Positions 49,295 to 59,094 of a stretch of 64,000 nucleotides of DNA are shown in pieces. The first letter of the stretch is position 1, and each line of letters starts with the position of its first letter. The notes beneath the pieces were generated by a model. The model did no database searches. It was not told the origin of the DNA and saw only the letters and a program-made list of their open reading frames with translations. The position numbers were made by a program, and so were the translations under genes. This DNA comes from Phycisphaerales bacterium (lineage in GTDB: Bacteria; Planctomycetota; Phycisphaerae; Phycisphaerales; JAGLTS01), in contig JAGLTS010000028.1 of assembly GCA_023135165.1 (NCBI GenBank), forward strand, positions 1 to 64,000. The letters are read 5' to 3'.

Positions 49295-49528
49295 ATGCTG
49301 GTCATCACAAGACGTGAAGGCGAGGAAGTTGTGATCGGCGATCCGCAGTCCCCGATCGGGATCGTGCGAATCGCTGGGATCAAGGGTGATCGTGTGCGAA
49401 TCGCGTTTGACTTCCCACGGGAGATCGACGTGCACAGGCGTGAGGTGGCCAACCAGATCATCGCTGAGCTTGAAATCCCCGCTGTCGTCGCCAAGATCTC
49501 GCCGAAGCCCGCATCCGGCCAGGTCTGA
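49295..49528 (+). CDS. csrA: Carbon storage regulator CsrA
   Basis: Start at ATG 49295 (MLVITRREGEEVVIGD...IVRIAGIKGDRVRIAFDFPREIDVHRREV) with AGGAGG RBS. Classic CsrA fold sequence. Confidence 0.8.
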   Translation: MLVITRREGEEVVIGDPQSPIGIVRIAGIKGDRVRIAFDFPREIDVHRREVANQIIAELEIPAVVAKISPKPASGQV

Positions 49529-49598
49529 GCGCCATCCCCTGCTCAGGTAGCTCACTCGACCCCACATCCACCGCCCCCGCATATCCCCCGAGGACGAC

Positions 49599-49907
49599 AT
49601 GAGCCGAATCCTCAAGCTTGAGAAGCTCCTTGAGCTTGACCCTGACGATCCGTTCTGTCTCTACAGCCTCGGGCAGGAGTACGCCACGGTCGGCGACCAC
49701 GCCCGCGCGATCGAGTACTACGACCGCACCATCACAGCCGACCCGCGGTACAGCTACGCCTACTACCACAAGGCGAAGCTGCTTGTGAAGATAGGCGACC
49801 TTGACCAGGCACGCGCGACCTACGACAAGGGGCTGGAGGCGGCGACCGCGACCGGCGACGAGAAAGCCCTGGCGGAACTGCGCCAGGCGAGGGATGATCT
49901 CCCCTGA
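49599..49907 (+). CDS. Small TPR-repeat protein
   Basis: LYSLGQEYATVGDHARAIEYYDRTITADPRYSYAYYHKAKLLVKIGDLDQARATYDKGL gives two clear TPR units. Confidence 0.6.
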   Translation: MSRILKLEKLLELDPDDPFCLYSLGQEYATVGDHARAIEYYDRTITADPRYSYAYYHKAKLLVKIGDLDQARATYDKGLEAATATGDEKALAELRQARDDLP

Positions 49908-49954
49908 CCAGCGCGGACCGCCACGCCTCCCAAACGCCCCACACCAGCACATCC

Positions 49955-50425
49955 GTGACCTACGACAAAGCCCGCAAGACCGCGATGACCATGCTCAACC
50001 GCCGTGCATTGTCCCGCGCGATGTTTGTCGAACGGCTTGAGCGGCGAGGGGCCGACGCTGACGACGTCCAAGCGATCGCTGATGAGTTCCAGCGGATCGG
50101 CCTGCTTGACGATCATGCCTACGCGCACGCCTTGATCCGAACCGCGACGCTTCGCGCCCCGGCAGGCCCCGATCATTTGCGCCGGCTCATGCGCCGCGAC
50201 AAGGTCGATCCGGATGTCGCCGAGGCGGTCATCGCCGAGGTGCTCGCTGAGCGCGATGTGCAGGATGACGCCACCACGTACGCTGCGAAGCGCATGACCA
50301 CGATGCGCACACTCGATCCGCCGGTCGCTCGACGCAGGCTTCTTGGCCAACTGCTGCGGCGAGGCTTCGACGACGAGACGAGCAGACGGGCGATTGACGC
50401 GGTTCTGCCTCCGGAAGATTGGTAG
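49955..50425 (+). CDS. recX: RecX regulatory protein
   Basis: GTG 49955 (alternative ATG 49985). RecX three-helical-repeat pattern (...ALSRAMFVERLERRGADADDVQAIADEF...DHAYAHALIRT...). Confidence 0.65.
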   Translation: MTYDKARKTAMTMLNRRALSRAMFVERLERRGADADDVQAIADEFQRIGLLDDHAYAHALIRTATLRAPAGPDHLRRLMRRDKVDPDVAEAVIAEVLAERDVQDDATTYAAKRMTTMRTLDPPVARRRLLGQLLRRGFDDETSRRAIDAVLPPEDW

Positions 50426-50496
50426 AATCGTCGCACGTGCATCGGGGCGCTCGGAGATGACACAAGAGCGCCGTCCGTGCCGAGGAGGCCTCCGCC

Positions 50497-50988
50497 ATGC
50501 GACGAAAGATCCTCACGCTGCTTCCCTGGGTCGTGCTTGTGATGTGGCTCGGTCAGATGTGGGGCTGCGCACCGACCAACGAGGTCGCTGTGGATGCCGT
50601 CCGTCTGCCGGATGTCGTCACTGAAAACGCAGCCGTTCCGCTCGCCGGCGTCGATCGTTCACATTGGCCGATACACACCGTCCGCGTGCTGTTTGACGGG
50701 ACCGAGCACCGGCCGACGTACGCAACGACCGTCGATCTCGCATCCGACACGGCGCGCAACCGCGGCGAGTATCCCACCGCCGAAAGCGCGCTGGGACTGA
50801 GCGGGCGCGGCGAGTTCGGCCTGCGTCTCGCTGAGATTCCCATTGCCGCGGGAACGGTTGCCTTCGATCTGGTCATCGTGCCCGTGCGCTGCGTTCTCTC
50901 TCCGCCCTGGACCATCCAGCGAAGCCCGCAGCGAGCCTACGAGCGCGTTGTTGCACCAGCTCCCACGTCTCCCCTCGACGCTGAGTAA
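50497..50988 (+). CDS. Hypothetical lipoprotein
   Basis: GAGGAGG RBS. Signal plus lipobox (LVMWLGQMWGCAP). Confidence 0.45.
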   Translation: MRRKILTLLPWVVLVMWLGQMWGCAPTNEVAVDAVRLPDVVTENAAVPLAGVDRSHWPIHTVRVLFDGTEHRPTYATTVDLASDTARNRGEYPTAESALGLSGRGEFGLRLAEIPIAAGTVAFDLVIVPVRCVLSPPWTIQRSPQRAYERVVAPAPTSPLDAE

Positions 50989-50994
50989 CACGCC

Positions 50995-51894
<900 letters not shown>

Positions 51895-51918
51895 GCGCAG
51901 CCGCGCCCCGTTGTAGCC

Positions 51919-51956
51919 AAAGCCCAGGGAAAGCTTTCCCTGGGCTTTCCATTCGG
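51919..51956. repeat. REP-like element copy 1 (30-bp perfect palindrome aaagcccagggaaagctttccctgggcttt plus ccattcgg), inverted relative to copy 2
   Basis: Perfect inverted repeat. Flank ccattcgg is the reverse complement of the ccgaatgg flank of copy 2. Confidence 0.7.
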
Positions 51957-51968
51957 TAGCATGCCGAC

Positions 51969-52496
51969 ATGGAACCGTGGAACAACTGGTATCACTGCAC
52001 GGGAAACACGTATGGCACATGGCTTCCCGGAGATCCACGCGGCTGGCGCGCCAGGCATCATCGGTTGCACGTGGAAGGCGACTACAAGAACCCACCCACG
52101 CCCGGCGAACACGCAGCGTTGCACGAGCGGTCGCGGTCGAAGCTCACACGGCAACCGGTGTATCTCGGCTCGCGCGCTCAGGCGATCGCATGTGATGCCA
52201 TTGTGGAGAAGCTGAGCGAGAAGGCGGTCGAGATCGGCGCGGTTGCGGTGGATGACCACCACCTTCACGTTGTGGGAAGGTTCATGGATCGCAATCCGCG
52301 GCGCTGGATCGGGCTTGCGAAGAAGAACAGTGCGTGGGCGGTACGTGAGGCAGACCTGGCGCCGCGCGGCGGCATCTGGGCGGTGCGAGCGCAGTGCCTT
52401 CCAATCGCGGATGAGGTGCATTGGCGGACGGCCGTTGCGTATGTGCTACGACATGGCGAGCGAGGCGCCGCCGTATGGAGTCCGGACCACGCATGA
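51969..52496 (+). CDS. IS200-like / REP-associated tyrosine transposase (RAYT, Y1 HuH transposase family)
   Basis: HuH motif HLHVV. C-terminal W...AVAYVLRHG resembles the RAYT Y(I/V)xxNPVKHG catalytic-Tyr region. N-terminal WYHCTGNTYGTWLPGD. Flanked by inverted REP palindromes. Confidence 0.65.
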   Translation: MEPWNNWYHCTGNTYGTWLPGDPRGWRARHHRLHVEGDYKNPPTPGEHAALHERSRSKLTRQPVYLGSRAQAIACDAIVEKLSEKAVEIGAVAVDDHHLHVVGRFMDRNPRRWIGLAKKNSAWAVREADLAPRGGIWAVRAQCLPIADEVHWRTAVAYVLRHGERGAAVWSPDHA

Positions 52497-52499
52497 CGT

Positions 52500-52573
52500 C
52501 CGAATGGAAAGCCCAGGGAAAGCTTTCCCTGGGCTTTGATGTCATTCTGTCACGCACCGATGAGAAACCCCGC
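52500..52573. repeat. REP-like element copy 2 (ccgaatgg + 30-bp palindrome + 36-nt tail gatgtcattctgtcacgcaccgatgagaaaccccgc)
   Basis: Lies 3 nt after the transposase stop codon. Confidence 0.7.
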
Positions 52574-52626
52574 GGCAGAACAACGGTTCGTGACGTCTTG
52601 TCTTCCCGCAGTCCTGAGATACCTTT

Positions 52627-53532
52627 TCAGTCATCCTCCACGGGCGCTTCCGATGCTTGCTCTCGCATCGCCGCTTCGATGAGCTGCACGATCGCCTCCC
52701 GCTGCCCATCCGTCCTGGTCTTCATCGTATCAAGCGCTGTGTGGCCGTTCTCATCGACAGCCGCAGCATCCGCGCCGTGAGCCAGGAGCGCCTCAACAAC
52801 ACTGACATCGCTCAGCGCCGTTGCCCACATCAACGGTGTCATGCCCAGGTGATCTCTCGCGTTCGGATCCGCGCCTGCGTCGAGCAGCAATATTGCGATC
52901 TCCCCGTGCTGGTAGTAGATCGCCACTACGAGCGTATGATCTCTCCACCACCGCTGATAGTTGCCGGCTGCGATATCGTATTCGATGTTCGGATTCATTC
53001 CGAAGCGAAGTTGGCGCGCCACGCCCTTGGTGTCACCTGCCATGACAAGGCCGAACAAGGGCTGCGGATCGCGCTGCGCCGCTGGATTCACCAGGCTCAC
53101 CCCACCGCGCAACGTGACATGCACAAGAATCAACACGACAAGTAGACGCGGAGTCACCAGCGTGCGGTGTCGAACTTCGCGCAGTCTCGCGGTCGTGCGC
53201 GGCATGTGCATCCACACCACGAGTGCGAGCAGCCCGAGCATGTGAAGCAGCCGCAAGGCGATGGCGATCACCTCGCCCGGCTCCCACCACCAGTAGGCGA
53301 TCGCCCGATTCACATCACGCACACCGGTCAACGTCAGTTCGGCCAGCGCGAGAAGCACAGCGATTGTGATGCTGTGCCAGAGCAGGCGATTGCCTCGTGC
53401 GCCGGCCGCCGCCAATGCGCCCGCTTCATCCGTCCGCCAACCACATTCGGAACACGTGCCGCTCCCCTCAACCTCCAGTGGGTAATCGCAGTTGGGACAA
53501 CGATCGGGCACGGTCAACCTCCACTTGCCCAA
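52627..53532 (-). CDS. Ankyrin-repeat protein with N-terminal zinc-ribbon and transmembrane segments
   Basis: CPNCDYPLE...CSECGW zinc ribbon. Several TM helices. C-terminal ankyrin repeats (GMTPLMWATALSDVSVVEALLAHGADAAAVDENGHTAL). TTG start as read. Confidence 0.6.
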   Translation of the reverse strand: MGKWRLTVPDRCPNCDYPLEVEGSGTCSECGWRTDEAGALAAAGARGNRLLWHSITIAVLLALAELTLTGVRDVNRAIAYWWWEPGEVIAIALRLLHMLGLLALVVWMHMPRTTARLREVRHRTLVTPRLLVVLILVHVTLRGGVSLVNPAAQRDPQPLFGLVMAGDTKGVARQLRFGMNPNIEYDIAAGNYQRWWRDHTLVVAIYYQHGEIAILLLDAGADPNARDHLGMTPLMWATALSDVSVVEALLAHGADAAAVDENGHTALDTMKTRTDGQREAIVQLIEAAMREQASEAPVEDD

Positions 53533-53583
53533 GGCACGACGCCATCATCGCAGATCTCGCCCTCCTCCGCTCCCGGACATGCC

Positions 53584-53648
53584 AAAGCCAGGGAAAGCTT
53601 TCCCTGGGCTTTGATGTCATTCTGTCACGCACCGATGAGAAACCCCGC
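53584..53648. repeat. REP-like element copy 3 (palindrome with 1-nt deletion in left arm plus the same 36-nt tail)
   Basis: gccaaagccagggaaagctttccctgggctttgatgtcattctgtcacgcaccgatgagaaaccccgc. Confidence 0.7.
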
Positions 53649-53664
53649 AGCGCGGGCTGCGGGG
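53643..53664 (-). terminator. Candidate intrinsic terminator downstream of dnaK (hairpin ccccgcagc-gcgg-gctgcgggg followed by TTTCTC on the transcribed strand)
   Basis: 8-bp GC stem 45 nt after the dnaK stop, followed by a weak U-tract. The adjacent REP palindrome could add a second hairpin. Confidence 0.35.
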
Positions 53665-53708
53665 TCAGCAGAGAGGAGAGATTTGGTGGTGGGGGGGCGC
53701 TGCGGGCG

Positions 53709-55628
53709 CTACTTGTCTTCCTTCACTTCGTAGTCGGCGTCGATGACATCGTCGTCGCCTGACGCTGCTGCGCTGACGCCTTCCTCGTCGGGCGCTTCGG
53801 TTGCTGCGCCTGCCTCGGCTTGCTTGGCGGCTTCGGCTTCGTAAATCACCTTGCCGAGCTCCATCGCTTCCTTGTTCAGGTTCTCAAGCGCTGCGTCGAT
53901 CGCTGACTTGTCATCGCCCTTGAGCGCTGTTTCAAGATTGCTGATCGCCGACTCGATGTTGCCGCGAACGTCCGGCGTGACCTTTTCGCCGTACTCCTCG
54001 AGCGACTTGCGCGTCTGGTAGATGATCTGCTCAGCCTTGTTCTTCGTGTCAATCAACTCGCGCCGGGCGCTGTCCTCTGCGGAGTGCTCCTCCGCTTCCT
54101 TCTTCATCCGGTTGATCTCATCGCTGCTCAGGCCTGACGAGCCGGTGATCTTGATGTTCTGGCTCTTGCTCGTCTTCTGATCGGTCGCGGTGACGGTGAG
54201 GATGCCGTTGGCGTCGATGGCGAACTCGACCTCGATCTGCGGCATACCGCGCGGCGAGGGCGGGATGTCGGTCAACTCGAACCTGCCGAGCGTGCGGTTG
54301 TCCTGCGCGAAGTCGCGCTCGCCCTGCAGCACATGGATCGACACCGCGGTCTGACTGTCAGCAGCGGTCGAGAACGTCTCTTTCTTGGATGTCGGGATCG
54401 TGGTGTTGCGTTCGATGAGCTTGGTCATCACGCCGCCGAGCGTTTCGACGCCGAGCGAGAGCGGGGTCACATCCAGCAGCAGCACATCCTTGACATCACC
54501 TTGCAAGACGCCGCCCTGGATCGCAGCGCCGACGGCGACAACCTCATCGGGGTTGATCGACCTGTTCGGCTCCCTGCCGAAGACTTCGCGGCAGATCTCC
54601 TGCACCTTCGGGATGCGGATCGACCCGCCGACGAGCACGACCTCCTGGATATCGCCCTGGCTGACCTTCGCATCGCGCATCGCCTGCTCGCAAGGCCCGC
54701 GCAGACGGTCGAAGAGGTCGCTGCACAAGGACTCGAACTTGGCCCGCGTGACGGTGAGCTGCATGTGCTTCGGACCGCTCTGGTCCGCTGTGATGAACGG
54801 CAGGTTAACGGTCGTCTCCTGCATCGTCGAAAGCTCGCACTTGGCCTTCTCCGCAGCCTCCTTGAGGCGTTGCAGCGCCATCGCGTCGCTGCGGATGTCG
54901 ATGCCTTCCTGCTTGCGGAACTCCTCAGCGAGGTGATCGAGAATGCGCTGGTCGAAGTCGTCACCGCCGAGATGGCCGTCGCCGTTGGATGCGAGGACTT
55001 CAAAGACGCCGTCGCCGACATCGAGGATGGAGATGTCGAATGTTCCGCCGCCGAGGTCGAAGACGATGATCTTCTCGCTGGTCTTCTTGTCCAGGCCGTA
55101 GGCGAGTGCGGCAGCGGTCGGCTCGTTGATGATGCGCTCGACGGTGAGGCCTGCGATTTCGCCCGCCTGTTTCGTCGCGGTGCGTTGTGCATCGTTGAAG
55201 TACGCGGGGACGGTGATGACAGCCCGATCGACCTTCTCGCCGAGGTAGTCCTCAGCGGTCTTCTTGAGATCCTGGAGGATCATCGCGCTGATTTCCTGGG
55301 GCGTGTACTCCTTGCCGTCCGCCTTGACCTTGACGAGTTCATTGGGGCCGCCGACGACTTCGTAGGGGACGATCTTCTCTTCGGAGTGGACCTCGTCGTG
55401 CCGCCGACCCATGAAGCGTTTGATCGAGAAGATGGTGGCCTTGGGGTTGGTGATCTGCTGGTGCTTGGCCTGCTGGCCGACGAGTCGGTCGCCCTTGTCG
55501 GTGAACGCGACGACGGAGGGTGTGATCCGCTGGCCGGCGGAGTTGATCAGCACCTTGGGCTGATCGCCCTCCATGACGGCGACGACGGAGTTGGTCGTTC
55601 CCAGGTCGATTCCAATGATCTTGCTCAT
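53709..55628 (-). CDS. dnaK: Molecular chaperone DnaK (Hsp70)
   Basis: [26 protein letters not shown], ...[21 protein letters not shown]. Full-length 639 aa. Confidence 0.95.
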   Translation of the reverse strand: MSKIIGIDLGTTNSVVAVMEGDQPKVLINSAGQRITPSVVAFTDKGDRLVGQQAKHQQITNPKATIFSIKRFMGRRHDEVHSEEKIVPYEVVGGPNELVKVKADGKEYTPQEISAMILQDLKKTAEDYLGEKVDRAVITVPAYFNDAQRTATKQAGEIAGLTVERIINEPTAAALAYGLDKKTSEKIIVFDLGGGTFDISILDVGDGVFEVLASNGDGHLGGDDFDQRILDHLAEEFRKQEGIDIRSDAMALQRLKEAAEKAKCELSTMQETTVNLPFITADQSGPKHMQLTVTRAKFESLCSDLFDRLRGPCEQAMRDAKVSQGDIQEVVLVGGSIRIPKVQEICREVFGREPNRSINPDEVVAVGAAIQGGVLQGDVKDVLLLDVTPLSLGVETLGGVMTKLIERNTTIPTSKKETFSTAADSQTAVSIHVLQGERDFAQDNRTLGRFELTDIPPSPRGMPQIEVEFAIDANGILTVTATDQKTSKSQNIKITGSSGLSSDEINRMKKEAEEHSAEDSARRELIDTKNKAEQIIYQTRKSLEEYGEKVTPDVRGNIESAISNLETALKGDDKSAIDAALENLNKEAMELGKVIYEAEAAKQAEAGAATEAPDEEGVSAAASGDDDVIDADYEVKEDK

Positions 55629-55884
55629 CTGTCAGCCTCGTAAGCGTGAGCGCCGCGCGTGGCGTCGGCGGCGCATGGGTCTTGGTGTACATCCACCACG
55701 CAGGAGTAAGGGCAACGCCGATGCCAGAACGGATCGGCCCTGATGCGGTCGTGAGGCGGGTTCAGGGCGGGCGCATCTGCCGGTTTGGCAGGACCGGCCG
55801 CGCCGGGACGCCGCCCGGGCACAGGCGGGCCTGCTGCGTTTCGTGCGGCCGCGCTTCCCTTCGGGGCGCGGCTACACTGCGGAC

Positions 55885-57405
55885 ATGACCGGGTCGTACG
55901 ACTGGATCGCGTGGACGGCCGGTGGGTTCGTCGGCCTGCTCGGCGTGTACTTGGCGCTGCGGGCGCTTCTTGTCGACGGATTCAGACGGCGCTGGCACAA
56001 GCAGCGGCGCTGCCCCAAGTGCTGGTACGACATGCGCCACACGCCGGGGGCGACGTGCAGCGAATGTGGGTTCACAGCCAAGCGGGAACGTCAGCTTTTC
56101 AAAGCGCGACGCCGATGGCGCTGGGTGGCGGTCGCGCTTCTCCTCATAGCGATCGGTTGGGGCGGCGGCGTGTATCCCAAAGCGCGGCGCGACGGCTGGC
56201 GCTCCGTTGTGCCGACGACGGTGCTGATCGCAGCCCTGCCCTGGTTGGATGAACCAGAGACCCCGATTGAGGGAGGACTCACACGCGTGGGGCCGCAAGG
56301 TGCCACCAAGTTGCGTTCGCTTCACAGCGAACTCACGTGCCGCGCAAAGGACGACCTGCTCTGGGATTGGCAGTGGCACTGGCTGGCCCGGCGCTCCTGC
56401 GCGGGCGATGCTGCTCGGCGTCCACCATCGCAGCGCTGGCACGACACGTATCGACGCCTCCTGAACAGCGCCATAGGGGCTGGACACCCTTGGGACGACA
56501 GGATGCTGCCCGCCCTGGCTGTCGCCGACATCGCCGTGCGCCACCGATGGCCCGCGGACCAACCTCTTCAAGCACGATGCATCATCGAGAGGCGTTACTC
56601 GCACAAGAGGCTGGAGATAAACGAGCTACTCGTTCAAATCGCCCCACGCATCCCTGGCTTGTCGCCGGTGGAGAAGCGCCTCTCCGAGTATCTCTTCTCC
56701 GCGCGTTCCAACGACTACGTCTGGCGCTTGCCTGCTCGATCGTGCTGGCAGGATCCCACACCCGGAGAACTCACCACGCTCGGCTCGGTGCCGTGCGGTA
56801 CGACACACATCGATTTCGACATCAGCTTTGGGCAGATCGACGAGGAGACTGGTATCGCAGAGCCCATCTGGTCGACCGTGGTGCGCACGCCGATTGACGT
56901 GGTCGAGACAACGGCGGATGCTCTGGTTGCGGTCCAAGCACCGGCTGTCGAGGAGGCGATTCGCACAGAGCTCGATCTCGACGAGTGGTACATCGTGCCC
57001 CGCGCCATCGGTTTCGAGCATGCCATCGCGGCGCTTGCCGACCTTGCCCCAATCACGCTGGCGGTGACGATCGAGTTCGTGGATGGCGAGGAAGTGATGT
57101 TCTCGGCAAGCGCCTGGTGGTCGGTTCGCCGCGCACCCGACAGTACGGGGGCGGCTGATGTGGCCGTCACACCAGCGACGCCTTGGGTGTGGCTGCGCAT
57201 GACACACGAGACAAGTCGCCCGATCTGGACCCGTGGCCGCGCTGGGTCGGACATAGTCTCGCTACGGATTCGCAGTGATCCGGCGGTGGCGCTGCGCAAC
57301 TTCGACTGTGACCGCTACTGGGTCGGCGAGGTCACCATTCCACTGAGGTGGTCGGACGAGGGCCAGCTCGTGCCGGACCAAGGCGCACGCGGCGGCGGCG
57401 AGTAG
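55885..57405 (+). CDS. Zinc-ribbon two-TM membrane protein, paralog A (unknown function)
   Basis: Start at internal ATG 55885 (MTGSYDWIAWTAGGFVGLLGV...). TM1, then CPKCWYDMRHTPGATCSEC zinc ribbon, then TM2, then a large extracytoplasmic domain. Confidence 0.55.
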   Translation: MTGSYDWIAWTAGGFVGLLGVYLALRALLVDGFRRRWHKQRRCPKCWYDMRHTPGATCSECGFTAKRERQLFKARRRWRWVAVALLLIAIGWGGGVYPKARRDGWRSVVPTTVLIAALPWLDEPETPIEGGLTRVGPQGATKLRSLHSELTCRAKDDLLWDWQWHWLARRSCAGDAARRPPSQRWHDTYRRLLNSAIGAGHPWDDRMLPALAVADIAVRHRWPADQPLQARCIIERRYSHKRLEINELLVQIAPRIPGLSPVEKRLSEYLFSARSNDYVWRLPARSCWQDPTPGELTTLGSVPCGTTHIDFDISFGQIDEETGIAEPIWSTVVRTPIDVVETTADALVAVQAPAVEEAIRTELDLDEWYIVPRAIGFEHAIAALADLAPITLAVTIEFVDGEEVMFSASAWWSVRRAPDSTGAADVAVTPATPWVWLRMTHETSRPIWTRGRAGSDIVSLRIRSDPAVALRNFDCDRYWVGEVTIPLRWSDEGQLVPDQGARGGGE

Positions 57406-57510
57406 CGCGAGACGGATGCGGGTTGTCGGCCGGACGTGCATCGGCCCGAGACGGGCCGGCTCTGTTTCGTGCGGTCGCGCTTCCCTTCGGGGCGCGGGTA
57501 CACTGCGGAC

Positions 57511-59025
57511 ATGACCGGGTCGTACGACTGGATCGCGTGGACGGCCGGTGGGTTCGTCGGCCTGCTCGGCGTGTGCCTCGCACTGTGGGCGCTGTTTGTC
57601 GACGGATTCAGACGACGTTGGCACAGGCAGCGGCGCTGCCCGAAGTGCTGGTACGACATGCGCCACACGCCCGGAGCAACGTGCAGCGAGTGCGGGTTCA
57701 CAGCCAAGCGCGAACGTCAGCTTTTCAAAGCGCGACGGCGATGGCGCTGGGCGGCGGTCGCGGTTCTCCTCATGGGGATCGGTTGGGGCGGCGGCGTGTA
57801 TCCCAAGGCGCGGCGCGACGGCTGGCGCTCTGTCGTGCCGACGACGGTGCTGATCGCAGCGCTGCCCTGGTTGGACCCACCACGGAACCAACAGCGTTCT
57901 GTGCAGTGGCTACTGCCACCGCAGCCCTCCCTCTTGAACGAGCTTGACGATCGCGCAGCACCACAGAATCAGCTTTGGGACTGGCAGTGGCGGTGGCTGA
58001 TCGACCGGGCGTACACGGGTGATGCAGCACGCAGGTCCCCCTCAGAGCAATGGCACAGCAAGTACGGGCGACTCATGTGCTGGGCCGATGTAAGCGGCCA
58101 CCTCGACGATGATCCGCGCCGCCAAGAGAGAATACTGCCTTGCCTCGCCATCGCTGACATCGCCGTGCGCGATCGCTGGCCTGCCGAACTGCCCCTGCAA
58201 GCCCGATGGGTCATCCGTAGCGGGTGGCCCCTCTGGGACAGCACGATGAACGAGTTGACCGTTCGAATCACACCCAGAGACCCGGTGTTGTCACCGATCG
58301 AACAGCACCTCACCCCTCCTTTCCTTGCCAGCCTTGACTCCGAGGCCTTGGGGATCTCCACGCGAGGATACCGGCTGGATCGATGCTGGGAACTTGCGAC
58401 ACTCGGTTTGTTGCCGGTCGGCACGACGCACATCGACTTCGACATCACGTTCGAGCAGACCGGCGAGGCTGCGGGTGTCGCCATGCCCCTCTGGTCCACC
58501 GTCGTTCGACGGCCAATCGAGGTGGTCGAGACGATCCAGGATGTGCTCGTTGCGGTTCCGTCACCGGCCGTTGACGAGGCGATCCGGACCGTATTTCAGA
58601 TCCTCGACCGCTGGGAACAGATTCCGGGCTACATCGGCTTTCAGCATGTTCTCGCGGAGCTTGCCGACCTTGCGCCGATCACGCTTGCGGTGACGATCGA
58701 GTACGTTCACGGTGACGAGGTCCTGTGCTCAATGAGCGTCTGGTGGGACGTGCAGCGGGCGGCAGCTGGGGCAGTGAGTGCGCAGGTTGCGCCAGAGGAG
58801 TATCGCGTGCGTTGGCGGATGACGGATCGCGTCAAGCAACGAATCAGGGCACACGCTCGGGAGGGTCCCGGAGCGGTGTCGCTGCGGATTCGCAGTGATC
58901 CGGCGGTAGCGCTGCGCAACTTCGATTGTGACCGCTACTGGGTCGGCGAGGTCACGATTCCATTGAGGTGGTCGGACGGTGGCCGGCTTGTGCCGGACCA
59001 AGGCGCACGCGGCGACGGTGAGTAG
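57511..59025 (+). CDS. Zinc-ribbon two-TM membrane protein, paralog B (tandem duplicate of 55885..57405)
   Basis: The N-terminal about 130 aa and C-terminal about 48 aa are near-identical to paralog A. The central about 330 aa are diverged. Confidence 0.55.
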   Translation: MTGSYDWIAWTAGGFVGLLGVCLALWALFVDGFRRRWHRQRRCPKCWYDMRHTPGATCSECGFTAKRERQLFKARRRWRWAAVAVLLMGIGWGGGVYPKARRDGWRSVVPTTVLIAALPWLDPPRNQQRSVQWLLPPQPSLLNELDDRAAPQNQLWDWQWRWLIDRAYTGDAARRSPSEQWHSKYGRLMCWADVSGHLDDDPRRQERILPCLAIADIAVRDRWPAELPLQARWVIRSGWPLWDSTMNELTVRITPRDPVLSPIEQHLTPPFLASLDSEALGISTRGYRLDRCWELATLGLLPVGTTHIDFDITFEQTGEAAGVAMPLWSTVVRRPIEVVETIQDVLVAVPSPAVDEAIRTVFQILDRWEQIPGYIGFQHVLAELADLAPITLAVTIEYVHGDEVLCSMSVWWDVQRAAAGAVSAQVAPEEYRVRWRMTDRVKQRIRAHAREGPGAVSLRIRSDPAVALRNFDCDRYWVGEVTIPLRWSDGGRLVPDQGARGDGE

Positions 59026-59094
59026 CGCGAGACGGATGCGGGTTGTCGGCCGGACGTGCATCGGCCCGAGACGGGCCGGCTCTGTTTCGTGCGG

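Noticed and set aside
55762-56604. 280-aa and 209-aa (57262..57891) minus ORFs inside the duplicated paralog genes
   Set aside because: Mirror each other because of the duplication. Antisense artefacts.
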